Shown one piece after another: positions 36,001 through 48,530 of a stretch of 64,000 nt of DNA. Source of the stretch: Eledone cirrhosa (taxonomy: Eukaryota). Positions within the stretch are counted from its first letter, which is position 1, and every line of letters starts with the position of its first letter. The translations under genes were made by a program, and so were the position numbers. Location of the stretch: the NCBI GenBank assembly GCA_964016885.1, contig OZ024741.1, positions 403,930,001 through 403,994,000 on the forward strand, read 5' to 3'. The notes beneath the pieces are model-generated. The model was not told where the DNA came from and did not search any database. It worked only from the letters and a program-made list of their open reading frames with translations.

Positions 36001-39000
36001 CCAACACCAATACCATCACCAACACCAATACCATCACCAACACCAACACCAATACCATCACCAACACAATACCATCACCATCACCAACACCATCACCAAC
36101 ACCAATGCCATCACCAACACCAACACCAATACCATCACCAACACCAACACCAATACCATCACCAACACCAACACCAATACCATCACCAACACCAATACCA
36201 TCACCAACACCAATGCCATCACCAACACCAACACCAATACCATCACCAACACCAATACCAATACCATCAACAACACCAATACCATCACCAACACCAACAC
36301 CAATACCATCACCAACACCAATACCATCACCAACACCAACACCAATACCATCACCAACACCAATACCATCACCAACACCAACACCAATACCATCACCAAC
36401 ACCAACACCAATACCATCACCAACACCAATACCATCACCAACACCAACACCAATACCATCACCAACACCAATACCATCACCAACACCAACACCAATGCCA
36501 TCACCAACACCAACACCAATACCATCACCAACACCAATACCAATACCATCAACAACACCAATACCATCACCAACACCAACACCAATACCATCACCAACAC
36601 CAATACCATCACCAACACCAACACCATTACCATCAACATCACCAACAGCAACACCATCACCAACACCAACACCAACACCAATACCAACACCATCACCAAC
36701 ACCAACAACACCAACACCAACAACACTACCATCACAAACACCAACACCAATACCATCACCAACACCAATACCATCACCAACACCAACACCAATACCATCA
36801 CCAACACCAATACCATCACCAACACCAACACCAATACCATCACCAACACCAACACCAATACCATCACCAACACCAACACCAATACCATCACCAACACCAA
36901 TACCATCACCAACACCAATGCCATCACCAACACCAACACCAATACCATCACCAACACCAATACCAATACCATCAACAACACCAATACCATCACCAACACC
37001 AACACCAATACCATCACCAACACCAATACCATCACCAACACCAACACCAATACCATCACCAACACCAATACCATCACCAACACCAACACCAATACCATCA
37101 CCAACACCAACACCAATACCATCACCAACACCAATACCATCACCAACACCAACACCAATACCATCACCAACACCAATACCATCACCAACACCAACACCAA
37201 TGCCATCACCAACACCAACACCAATAGCATCACCAACACCAATACCAATACCATCAACAACACCAATACCATCACCAACACCAACACCAATACCATCACC
37301 AACACCAATACCATCACCAACACCAACACCATTACCATCAACATCACCAACAGCAACACCATCACCAACACCAACACCAACACCAATACCAACACCATCA
37401 CCAACACCAACAACACCAACACCAACAACACTACCATCACAAACACCAACACCAATACCATCACCAACACCAATACCATCACCAACACCAACACCAATAC
37501 CATCACCAACACCAATACTATCACCAACACCAACACCAATGCCATCACCAACACCAACACCAATACCATCACCAACACCAACACCAATACCATCACCAAC
37601 ACCAACACCAATACCATCACCAACACCAATACCATCACCAACACCAATACCATCACCATCACCAACACCAACACCAACACCAATACCATCACCAACACCA
37701 ACACCATCACCAACACCAATACCATCACCAACACCAACACCAATACCATCAAAAACACCAATACCATCACCAACACCAACACCAATACCATCACCAACAC
37801 CAACACCATCACCATCACCGACACCAACACCAACAGCAATACCATCACCAACACCAACACCAACACCAATGCCATCACCAACACCAACACCAATACCATC
37901 ACCAACACCAATACCATCACCAACACCAATGCCATCACCAACACCAACACCAATACCATCACCAACACCAACACCAATACCATCAACAACACCAATACCA
38001 TCACCAACACCAATACCATCAGCAACACCAATGCCATCACCAACACCGACACCAATACCATCACCAACACCAACACCAACACCAATACCATCACCAACAC
38101 CAATACCATCACCAACACCAACACCAATACCATCAACAACACCAATACCATCACCAACACCAACACCAATACCATCACCAACACCAACACCATCACCAAC
38201 ACCAATACCATCACCAACACCAATACCATCACCATCACCAACACCAACACCAACAGCAATACCATCACCAACACCAACACCAATACTATCAACAACACCA
38301 ATACCATCACCAACACCAATACCATCACCATCACCAACACCAACACCAACAGCAATACCATCACCAACACCAACACCAATACTATCAACAACACCAATAC
38401 CATCACCAACACCAATGCCATCACCAACACCAACACCAACACCAATACCATCACCAACACCAATGCCATCACCAACACCAACACCAATACCATCACCAAC
38501 ACCAATACCATCACCAACACCAATGCCATCACCAACACCAACACCAATACCATCACCAACACCAACACCAATACCATCAACAACACCAATACCATCACCA
38601 ACACCAATACCATCACCAACACCAATGCCATCACCAACACCAACACCAATACCATCACCAACACCAACACCAATACCATCACCAACACCAACACCAATAC
38701 CATCACCAACACCAACACCAATACCATCAACAACACCAATACCATCACCAACACCAACACCAATACCATCACCAACACCAACACCAATACCATCACCAAC
38801 ACCTACACCAATACCATCACCAACACCAATACCATCACCAACACCAATACCATCAACAACACCAATACCATCACCAACACCAACACCAATACCATCACCA
38901 ACACCATCACCAACACCAACACCAACAGCAATACCATCACCATCACCATCACCAACACCAACACCAACAGCAATACCATCACCAACACCAATACCATCAC

Positions 39001-42000
39001 CAACACCAACACCAATACCATCACCAACACCAATACCATCACCAACACCAATACCATCACCAACACCAACAACAATACCATCAACAACACCAATACCATC
39101 ACCAACACCAACACCAATACCATCACCAACACCAACACCAACACGAATAACATCACCAACACCAATACCATCACCATCAGCAACACCATCACCAACACCA
39201 ATAACATCACCATCACTAACACCAATACCATCACCAACACCAATAACATCACCAACAACAACACCAACACCAACACCAACACCAATACCATCACCACACC
39301 AATAACATCACCATCACTAACACCAATACCATAACCAACACCAACACCAACACTAATACCAACACCAATACCATCATCAACACCAACACCAATACCATCA
39401 CCAACACCAATACCATCACCAAGACCAACACCAACACCAATACCTTCAACCACACCAACACCAATACCATCACCAACACCAATACCATCACCAACACCAA
39501 CACCAATACCAACACCAACGCCAACACCAATACCATCACCAACACCAACATCAACACCATCACCAACACCAATACCATCACCAACACCAATACCAATACC
39601 ATCACCAACAACAAAACCAACACCAACACCATTAACAACACCAACAGCAACACCATCACCAACACCAACACCAATACCATCACCAACACCAACCAGAACA
39701 CAAACACCAACACCAATACCATCACCAACACCAACACCAATACCATCACCAACACCAATACCAATACCAACACCATCACCAACACCAACACCAACACCAA
39801 TACCATCACCAACACCAATACCATCACCAACACCAACACCAATACCATCACCATCACCAACACCAATACCATAACCAACACCAACACCAACACCAATACC
39901 AACACCATCACCAACACCAACACCAATACCAATACCATCACCAATACCAATACCATCACCAACAACAACACCAATACCATCACTATCAACAACACCAACA
40001 CCAACAACAACACCAATACCATCACCAACAACAACACCAATACCATCACCAATACCATCACCATCACCAACACCAATACCATCACCAACACCAACACCAA
40101 TACCATCACCAACACCAATACCATCAGCAACACCAACACCAATACCATCACCAACACCAACACCAATACCATCACCACACCAATACCATCACCAACACCA
40201 ACACCAATACCTTCACCAACAACAACACCAACACCAACACCAATACCATCACCATCACCAACACCAATACCATCACCATCACCAACACCAATACCATCAC
40301 CAACAACAACACCAATACCAACACCAACAACAACACCAATACCAACACCAATACCATCACCAACACCAACACCAACACCAACACCATCACCAACACCAAT
40401 ACCATCACCAACACCAACAACAATACAAACACCAACACCAATACCATCACCAACACCAATACCATCACCAACACCAACACCAACACCAACACCAATACCA
40501 TCACCAACAACAATACCATCACCAACACCAATAACATCACCAACACCAACAACACCAACCCCACCACCAATACCATCACCAACACCAATACCAATACCAA
40601 CACCATCACCAACACCCACACCAACACCAATACCATCACCAACACCAACAACACCAACACCAATACCATCACCAACACCAATACCAACACCATCACGATC
40701 ACCAACACCAACACCAATACCATCACCAACACCGTCACCATCACCAACACCAATACCATCACCAACACCAACAACAACACCAACACCAACACCAATACCA
40801 TCACCATCACCAATACCAACACCAACACCAACACCATCACCAACACCAATACCAACACCAACAACCATAGCATCACCAACACCAACACCAATACCATCAC
40901 CAACATGAATACAATCACCAACACCAATACCAATACCAACACCAACAACAACACCAACACCAACGCCAATACTATCACCAACACCAATACCATCACCAAC
41001 ACCAATACCAATACCATCACCAACACCAACACCAACACCAACACCAACACCAATACCATCACCACACCAATACCATCACCATCACTAACACCAATACCAT
41101 AACCAACACCAACACCAATACCATCACCACACCAATACCATCACCATCACTAACACCAATACCATAACCAACACCAACACCAATACCATCACCAACACCA
41201 ATACCATCACCAACACCAATACCAATACCATCACCAACAACAACACCAACACCAACACCAATACCATCACCACACCAATACCATCACCAACACCAACACC
41301 ATCACCAACACCAATACCATCACCATTACCAACACCAATACCATAACCAACACCAACACCAACACCAATACTATCACCAACACCAACACCAATACCATCA
41401 CCAACACCAACACCAATACCAACACCAACACCAACACCATCACCAACACCAATACCATCACCAACACCAATACCATCACCAACACCAATAGCATCACCAA
41501 CACTAACACCAACACCAACACCAATACCAACACCAATATGATCACCAACACCAACACCAACACCAATACCATCACCAACACCAATACCAACACCAACACC
41601 AATACCAACACCAACACTAGTAACATCACCAACACCAACAACACCAACACCAACACCAATACCATCACCAACACCAATACCAATACCAACACCATCACCA
41701 ACACCCACACCAACACCAATACCATCACCAACACCAACAACACCAACACCAACACCAATACCATCCCCAACACCAATACCAATACCAACACCAACACCAA
41801 CACCAACACCAATACCATCACCAACACCAACACCAATACCATCACCAACACCAATACCATCACCAACACCAACACCAACACCAATACCATCACCATCACC
41901 AACACCGATACCATAACCAACACCAACACCAACACCAACACCATCACCAACACCAACACCAATACCAATACCATCACCAATACCATCACCAACAACAACA

Positions 42001-42278
42001 CCAATACCATCACCAACACCAATACCATCACCAACAACAACACCAATACCATCACCAACACCAATACCAAAACCGTCACCATCACCAACACCATACCATC
42101 ACCATTACCAACACCAATACCATCACCAACAACAACACCAATACCATCACCATCACCAACACCAATACCATCACCATAACCAACACCAATACCATTATCA
42201 ACACCAACACCAATACCATCACCAATAACAACACAAATACCATCACCAACAACAACACCTATACCATCACCAACACTA
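1..42278. repeat. Giant hexamer-mosaic satellite (ACCAAC / ACCAAT / ACCATC)n, open at the window's left edge
   Basis: Continuous mosaic of CCA alternating with ACA/ATA/TCA; + strand almost free of G. Reads as PTPIPS, TNTIT or HQYHH depending on frame, with recurrent frameshifts and TAA stops. Confidence 0.97.
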
Positions 42279-42489
42279 CATTGTACCCAATAGCCATAGA
42301 CATAGTTGTCAGACCTGTCCGCTCACAATAACATCCACACCACTACCAACACTTTCAAATGTATCCAATAACCACACATTCAACATTTCTGACTTTTATT
42401 TCTACCAAAATTAACAACTATCACTATTTAAAATTTGGGTTGTGTGACGCCCGCAACATCGGCCAGAGTTGTCTAACAGTAGAAAGTCG

Positions 42490-42491
<2 letters not shown>

Positions 42492-42521
<30 letters not shown>

Positions 42522-42580
42522 TGTATGTATGTATGTATGTATGTATGTATGTATGTATGTATGTATGTATGTATGTATGT
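42492..42580. repeat. (TATG)~22 microsatellite abutting the 3' end of the R4/Dong element
   Basis: Perfect TATG array read directly. Confidence 0.97.
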
Positions 42581-42661
42581 TATCTCTTTCTCTTAATTTC
42601 GAGTATATTTTTTTTGACCGGCCACCTTCCTGGTGGCAAGGTTGTAAAAGAAAAGAAATCG

Positions 42662-43325
42662 TTATCCCTTGAATCGCAAGAATGTTTTGCAAATTTTGAA
42701 GGTGCCAGCTATCGCAGCCATTTGTAGACTATGAATTAGGGAGCTGCGCTTTTTGTCCGCAAATCCAAGTTCAGTCATACTTTGGTCCAAGCGGGTTGGT
42801 TTATAACCCGTATCTCCAATAAAAATGGGTATGAAGCTAAAGGTGAATCTTGGATACTGGATTTGTAAACTCCTCATCAATGGTCCGTAGATGTCCTTCT
42901 TCTCCTGTATTTTTCTGACAACGTTTACACCAAGTGGGCAGCTGATCTCCACAACAGAACACGTTTTCAATGTGTGGTCCCAAACAACAATATCAGGCCG
43001 GTTGTGCTTTAATTTGGTGACAGTTTTTATTTTCAGGTTCCACCAGTATTCCTTAGTGCCATCTGTCTCAATATATTCTTCCTCGTTTGTTGTTAATTTT
43101 GTTTTCCGAAGTTCGTTCCAGATGATTCTAGCTATCCCATCGTGTCTCATGGCGAGGTATTAGCGAGATGACATTCTTTCGCAGCTGGCAACAATGTGGC
43201 TTACATCCTCGATCTTTGTTTTACATAGCCTACATTTATTGTCAGCTGCTGGCCCTCCCCTTTTGTGCAGCAGATATTTGGTAGGGAGTTCTTGTTCCTG
43301 TATTGCATAGAGATATCCCTCAAGG
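42662..43325 (-). pseudogene. CCHC zinc knuckle plus restriction-like endonuclease of the R4/Dong element
   Basis: Manual translation LEGYLYAIQEQELPTKYL...DNKCRLCKTKIEDVSHIVASCERMSSR*YLAMRHD...HNRPDIVV...VEISCP...EKKDIY; premature TAA at 43160-43162. Confidence 0.88.
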
Positions 43326-43704
43326 TGTGATGTCATAAACTTGTCGGAACTCCATGCCAGGCTTTTTGAGTGGTTTATCCCCTCAAGTATCCATGCACAA
43401 CTTTTTCTGTAAATTGGTCAATATTTTCATCTTGTTTGAACATTGAATAGGATCTTCCGATTTCTCTGGGTGAGAGATTTATATCAGGCTTTATTCCATA
43501 TCTCTCCTCCAGATCAGTCGCTATTCTAATGATATTTTTTTTTCATGCTCATAAACCTGGGCAAGATGGTTGCCAACCTTTTTCCTCTGTTGAATGTGTT
43601 GCTTCAGTGTTACTATCCGGGTCTTATATGTTGTTAATATGGATTTTAGACCCCGGCCACCTTCCTTGCGTGAGAAGTATAGCCTATCTACATCACCATT
43701 GATG

Positions 43705-44943
43705 TTAAAGTTCCCAGTAACACAGAAGTTTGCGAGTTCTAACATCCATCTCACTTAGTTCTTGCAATGACCAGTTCAGCAGGCCAAATGTTGGCGTTAG
43801 AATTGGCACAGCATAAGTATTGTGGGCAATGTATTTGTTGTACGCTGACAGTTCTGATGACCATATTTTCTTTACTCTTCTGAGGTATTCAGTTCTGGTT
43901 CTCTCCTTATTTATGGGTCCATCATATCTGACATTCTCATCCTGTCCAAGATATCTGTAGTTGTCACCTGACTGTAGAGGTTGTATTGTCAGGCCGTTCA
44001 TCTCTAGATTTCTAGAGGAGGGCACAGCTCTTCCACGTTTTACTGCCAAATATGCACACTTGGACTCACCAAATTTCATTTTGATGTCTGTTGAAAATGG
44101 TGTAATGAGGTCCAATTGTTTCTTGATGTCATTGATATTTGGCGCATACAACTTCAGGTCATCAACAAAGAAAAGATGGGAGATACTTCTGGACCCACTT
44201 CTTTGTCCACCTTGTTTCCTGAGTAGGTAAGATAGTGGATTTAGTGAGAGAACGAAGAGTAGCACAGACAAGCTATCACCCTGAAATATGCCCTTCTGGT
44301 AATGTATCTTATCAGTCTTAACTTGCTCCTTCTCACCTCTAAGGATCAAATTGGTGTACCAGTTCTTGGTCAGACGTCCAACAGCAGCTACCAATGGTTG
44401 TGGGACTTTGGCTAACTGTAAAGCCTTAACAATCCACCCATGAGGTACACTATCAAATGCTTTTTGATAGTCCAGCCACACGACAGTCATGTTTCTGCGA
44501 TTCTTTGTTGTTTTTTCCTGAATCATTTTATTAGTTAGTAGGTGATCTACGCAACCCCACACCTCCCTCTTTCCACCAGCTTGTTCAGGTGTTATGATGT
44601 TGTTGGTAGCACAGTGATCCTGTAAGAACAGGTTAAGGCACCCAGTATATAATTTATAAATGTTGTTTAGGCAGGATATTGGGCGGTAATTTTTAGCAAG
44701 GGTGGTTTGGCTATTTTGGGGAATGAGGAGAGTAGTGGCAGTTGATAACCATCTGGGCAGTTCTTGTGTGCCTTTAATGGTTTCTGTAAACAGCCGTATG
44801 AGATCTTGCCGATAGAAAGTGAAATTCTTCAACCAGTATCCTGTAATGAGGTCTGGGCCTGGTGATTTCCTATTCGACATTTTCTGTAGAGCTGTTTCCA
44901 GTATTGACCCATCTATGTCTGTCATATTGTTTTGTCTGGACAT
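43705..44943 (-). pseudogene. Reverse transcriptase domain of the R4/Dong element
   Basis: 412-aa ORF with the non-LTR RT motifs; catalytic motif FVDD; frameshifted against neighbouring pieces 44870-45220 and 43521-43754. Confidence 0.9.
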
Positions 44944-45275
44944 GTTGGCAGTAGTCCTGTTCCAGTTCTTTTAGCCAATTAGTTTGTCTGTTGAATCCGT
45001 CATCCGTTTCCCATACAGATCTCCAGTAGGTCTCAACCTGTTCTTTTGAAGGGGTGTCATTTACAGGGATTGAGCTTTTGCCACCGAAGCTGCGATAAAC
45101 TGATTTAGGATCTCTGGCAAACAATGTATTTAGCACTTGTTGATGTGCTGTTGACTTATATTTTAGTCTTTCTGTTGTAGCTGTGAGTTGTTGTTTCAAC
45201 TGGTGTAATATGGAGTTCAAAGTTTTAAATTTTGTATCTCCAAATCGTCTCTTTAACTTTTTTGTTAGGTCTTCC

Positions 45276-45347
45276 TATGTATGTATGTATGTATGTATGT
45301 ATGTATGTATGTATGTATGTATGTATGTATGTATGTATGTATGTATG
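45276..45347. repeat. (TATG)18 microsatellite abutting the truncated 5' end of the R4/Dong element
   Basis: Perfect TATG array, same strand as the array at 42492. Confidence 0.97.
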
Positions 45348-45722
45348 AATTCTAGGAGAAGGAAAACTCTGATATAACACCTGCAACTCTGATGGTATCC
45401 AATTATGTTAACTTGTTCTTCTTTTTGGTAAATATCATCTTGGTTAAGAGAGTGGGACTGGCTTTGTGCAGTGCTTTTGCTCACTATAAAAGCTTCACGG
45501 CACAGGCATTGCTTTATATCTGGAGATCCCTCTGCACTTGTCATCACAGGGTACAATGGGCCCAGCACTATGTGTCAATAATTGTCACAAGTGTAGTGTT
45601 TGTACCAGAGTTTTCAAGTCACTCGCTGGACTAAAAAGTCACACTCGTTCAGCGCATCGGTAGGGGTTCTCCTACATGGATATAAAGTAGTGGCCGTACT
45701 CGAAAACGAGTTGGCAGCCACC
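45348..45722 (+). mobile_element. Short RTE-tailed retroelement (SINE-like or truncated RTE), copy 1
   Basis: Encodes a C2H2 remnant CSVCTRVFKSLAGLKSHTRSAHR* (stop 45661-45663). Ends TGGCCGTACTCGAAAACGAGTTGGCAGCCACC then (GTAT)n, matching the RTE 3' end at 47731-47761. Second copy at 54235-54585. Confidence 0.75.
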
Positions 45723-45755
45723 GTGTATGTATGTATGTATGTATATAGGAACGAT

Positions 45756-45935
45756 CGACTTTCGTCAAATCGGACCGAGGGAACAATGTTTCCGTTGGTC
45801 TTTCCAATTGCTAATACTATCTATCGGTCGCAACTCCAGGTAGAAGGAGCAACGTGAAATAAAGTGTTTTACTCAAGGACATAACGCATCGCCTGGTCCA
45901 GGAATCGAACTCACATCCTTACGATTGCGAATCCA
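45756..45935 (-). mobile_element. tRNA-derived SINE, copy 1 (head partly lost)
   Basis: Minus strand has B-box GTTCGATTCC (45901-45910) followed by TATGTCCTTGAGTAAAACACTTTATTTCACGTTGCTC; near-identical body at 57841-58050. Confidence 0.8.
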
Positions 45936-45962
45936 CACGCATGTATGTATGTATGTATGTAT

Positions 45963-47380
45963 TGGGTTAATGTCGGGGGTAACATGTCGGAGCCTATCTC
46001 AGTAAAAAATGGAGTGAAACAGGGGGATATTCCAGCACCGACCCTGTTTGCCATATACTTTGCAATGGTTTTCTGTATTGCATTCAGGAATTGCGAGCAT
46101 GGTGTTTACATCCGATATCGAACCTCAGGCAGCATATTTAACATCAGGCGCTTTGCTGCGAAGACAAAAGTATTTACATCAATCATAAGAGACCTCTTGT
46201 ATGCAGATGATTGCGATCTTGTAGCGCACACAGAGAGTGATATGCAGCACATTTTGAATGCATTTTCTGACGCTTGCACTGCCCTAGTATTGACTGTCAG
46301 TCTCAAGAGAACCGTCGTCATGTACCAACCTGCCCCTGGTAAGCAGTACACTGAACCAAACATCTATGTGTATGGCAAACGACTTGGAGTGGTTGATCAG
46401 TTTGTCTACCTGGGAAGCACTGTCAATCGATACGGCAACCTTGACAGTGAAATCTCACTTAGGATTAGGAAAGCAAGTGATGCTTTCGGAAAGCTAGAAA
46501 GGCGACTCTGGGGTCGGCGAGACATATGCAGGAGGACAAAAGTAAAGGTGTGTACAGGGCATGTGTGCTCTCTTGTCTTCTTTATGCCTGCGAGACCTGG
46601 GTCACATATCGACACCACCTTAAACAATTGGAGCGTTTCCATCAGATGTGTCTCAGACGGATCCATGGCGTTCACTGGAGGGACCACATCAGTGATGTCG
46701 AGATTTTGGAAAGCTCTATGTGTGACAGTATAGAAGCTCTTGTACTTCAGCAGCGACTCCGTTGGAGTGGTCACCTTGCCAGGATGAAGGATTCTAGAAT
46801 ACCAAAACAACTCTTTTATGGAGAGTTGGTTAAAGGAAAACGACCGCCACATAAACCAAAAAAGAGGTATAAGGATTCCTTGAAAACCTCCCTGAAAGAC
46901 GCTAACATCTCTGCTGATACATGGGAAAATATTGCTGCTGATCGTAATAAATGGAGAAAGACTGTATATGAGGGAAAAGTTGCCTTTGAGGCATCTCGAA
47001 TCGCATACGAGAAAGTAAAGCGGGATGTGAGGAAGGGCATTGCTGTTGCACTTCCAGACGGCGAGGGTCCTCCTATGGTGCTGACATGCAGCGTATGTGC
47101 GAGACTCTGCCTAAGCAAAGCTGGACTCGAAAGTCATCTTCGCAGTCATAAAGTAAGACCAGTGGTTGACTACCAGGCTGCTGTTGGAGATGCTACTCAT
47201 CATGCTTGCCAAACATGTGGTAGAGAATGTAAATCAGCAGGAGGGCTCAAGCGACATGCAAAAGTACACGAACTCCAACCACAGCCGACTATTCCCAGTA
47301 AATGTTTTGGTTGCCGACTCTGTGCAAGACATTTTAGATCATTGGCTGGGCTAAAAGCCACATTCGATCGCAGCGCTGTT
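45963..47380 (+). pseudogene. RTE ORF remnant: C-terminal half of RT plus three C2H2 zinc fingers
   Basis: ORFs 45945-46733 and 46526-47542 join through a frameshift near 46550. Fingers: CSVC..HLRSH, CQTC..HAKVH, CRLC..(third broken by a frameshift near 47355). Confidence 0.85.
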
Positions 47381-47389
47381 AGTTGCTAT

Positions 47390-47715
47390 CGTGTGCGTGT
47401 ATGTGTGTGTGTGTGTGTGTGTGTAGATATGCTTATGTGCGTGCGTGTGTGTATATATATATATGTATATGTATATTATTATTGTTGTTGTCGTTATTAT
47501 TATTGTTGTTATTATTATTATTATTATTATTATTGTTATTAATGTATGTGTGTGTATATATGTATGTATATATATATGTATATATATATACATATATATA
47601 TATATTTATTTATTTTTATTTTTTTAAATTTATTTATTTATTTATTTATTTATTTTTTATATTTATTTTTATTTATTCATTATTATTATTATTATTATTA
47701 TTATTTTTTTTTTTC
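47390..47715. repeat. Compound microsatellite (GT)n/(TA)n/(TAT)n/(TTTA)n inside the RTE 3' UTR
   Basis: Lies between the last zinc finger and the RTE terminal stem-loop. Confidence 0.85.
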
Positions 47716-47761
47716 TTTCTCCTCGTGCAATGGCCATACTCGATAACGAGGGGCAGCCATC

Positions 47762-48041
<280 letters not shown>

Positions 48042-48049
48042 GTCAATTA

Positions 48050-48087
48050 CGAGCTGAGGATCCACTAAAATGAAACAATTGTTCTCG
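48050..48087 (+). ncRNA. Minimal type-I hammerhead-like motif (stem II degraded)
   Basis: CGAG-CTGAGGA-tccactaaaat-GAA-ACAATTGT-T-CTCG: stem I CGAG/CTCG, CUGANGA and GAAA core, palindromic stem III. Confidence 0.6.
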
Positions 48088-48302
48088 GTATGGTGAACTA
48101 ACTGTTGTGTAACCACTTTTATATATATATATATGTATAAATATAGGTATATGTGCGTATATGTATGCATATATATACACACATATATACACACACATAT
48201 ATATAGGATGTCGATACTTTATTCCGCATAAAGCTAGTAGCTATCGATGTTGGCTAATGCGGCTGTTGTTATAGTTTCATGACATTGTTGTTGTAGATGG
48301 CA

Positions 48303-48334
<32 letters not shown>

Positions 48335-48530
48335 ATTGTTGTTGTTCTTAAGACGACGTCACATATCCCCTCCAAAGTCGGGGTAACAGTCCTACCCGTA
48401 TCTCACCCTCTTGTATGTTGTAATGTCTCCCTTATTTCAGAGGTCAGGCTGGGATTTAAGAGAATCTGGTTGCTATTTCTTGCAAGTTATCTGACCAGGT
48501 GTAGACTCTCTTGTTACTGGTAGGGATTTA

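Larger units (their letters stand above)
42581..45275 (-). mobile_element. 5'-truncated, degenerate RLE-type non-LTR retrotransposon, R4/Dong clade
   Basis: Minus-strand order: RT (KSPGPD, YRPISCL, EQAG, WLDYQKAFDSVPH, GIFQGDSLS, HLFFVDD, YRYLG), then VDRLYFSRKEGGRGL, EGYLYAIQEQ, CCHC knuckle CRLC-x7-H-x4-C, RHD, RPD..E..K..Y endonuclease, and an ~80-nt 3' UTR. Several frameshifts and stops. Confidence 0.9.
45963..47761 (+). mobile_element. 5'-truncated RTE-clade LINE
   Basis: GVKQGDIPAPTLF, LLYADD, FVYLGS, LLYACETW, LRWSGHLARMKDSRIPKQLFYGEL, KKRYKDSLK; terminal stem-loop CTCG-ATAA-CGAG then GGGCAGCCATC and an (ATGT)n tail. Confidence 0.9.

Noticed and set aside
614-42179. Dozens of long ORFs (PTPIPS, VGDGIG, MVLVLV, TNTIT, HQYHH) suggesting a mucin, extensin or silk-like gene
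   Set aside because: They come from a stop-poor repeat open in most frames on both strands. The frame switches every few hundred to few thousand bases, TAA stops occur in the Pro frame, and there is no signal peptide, unique domain or splice evidence.
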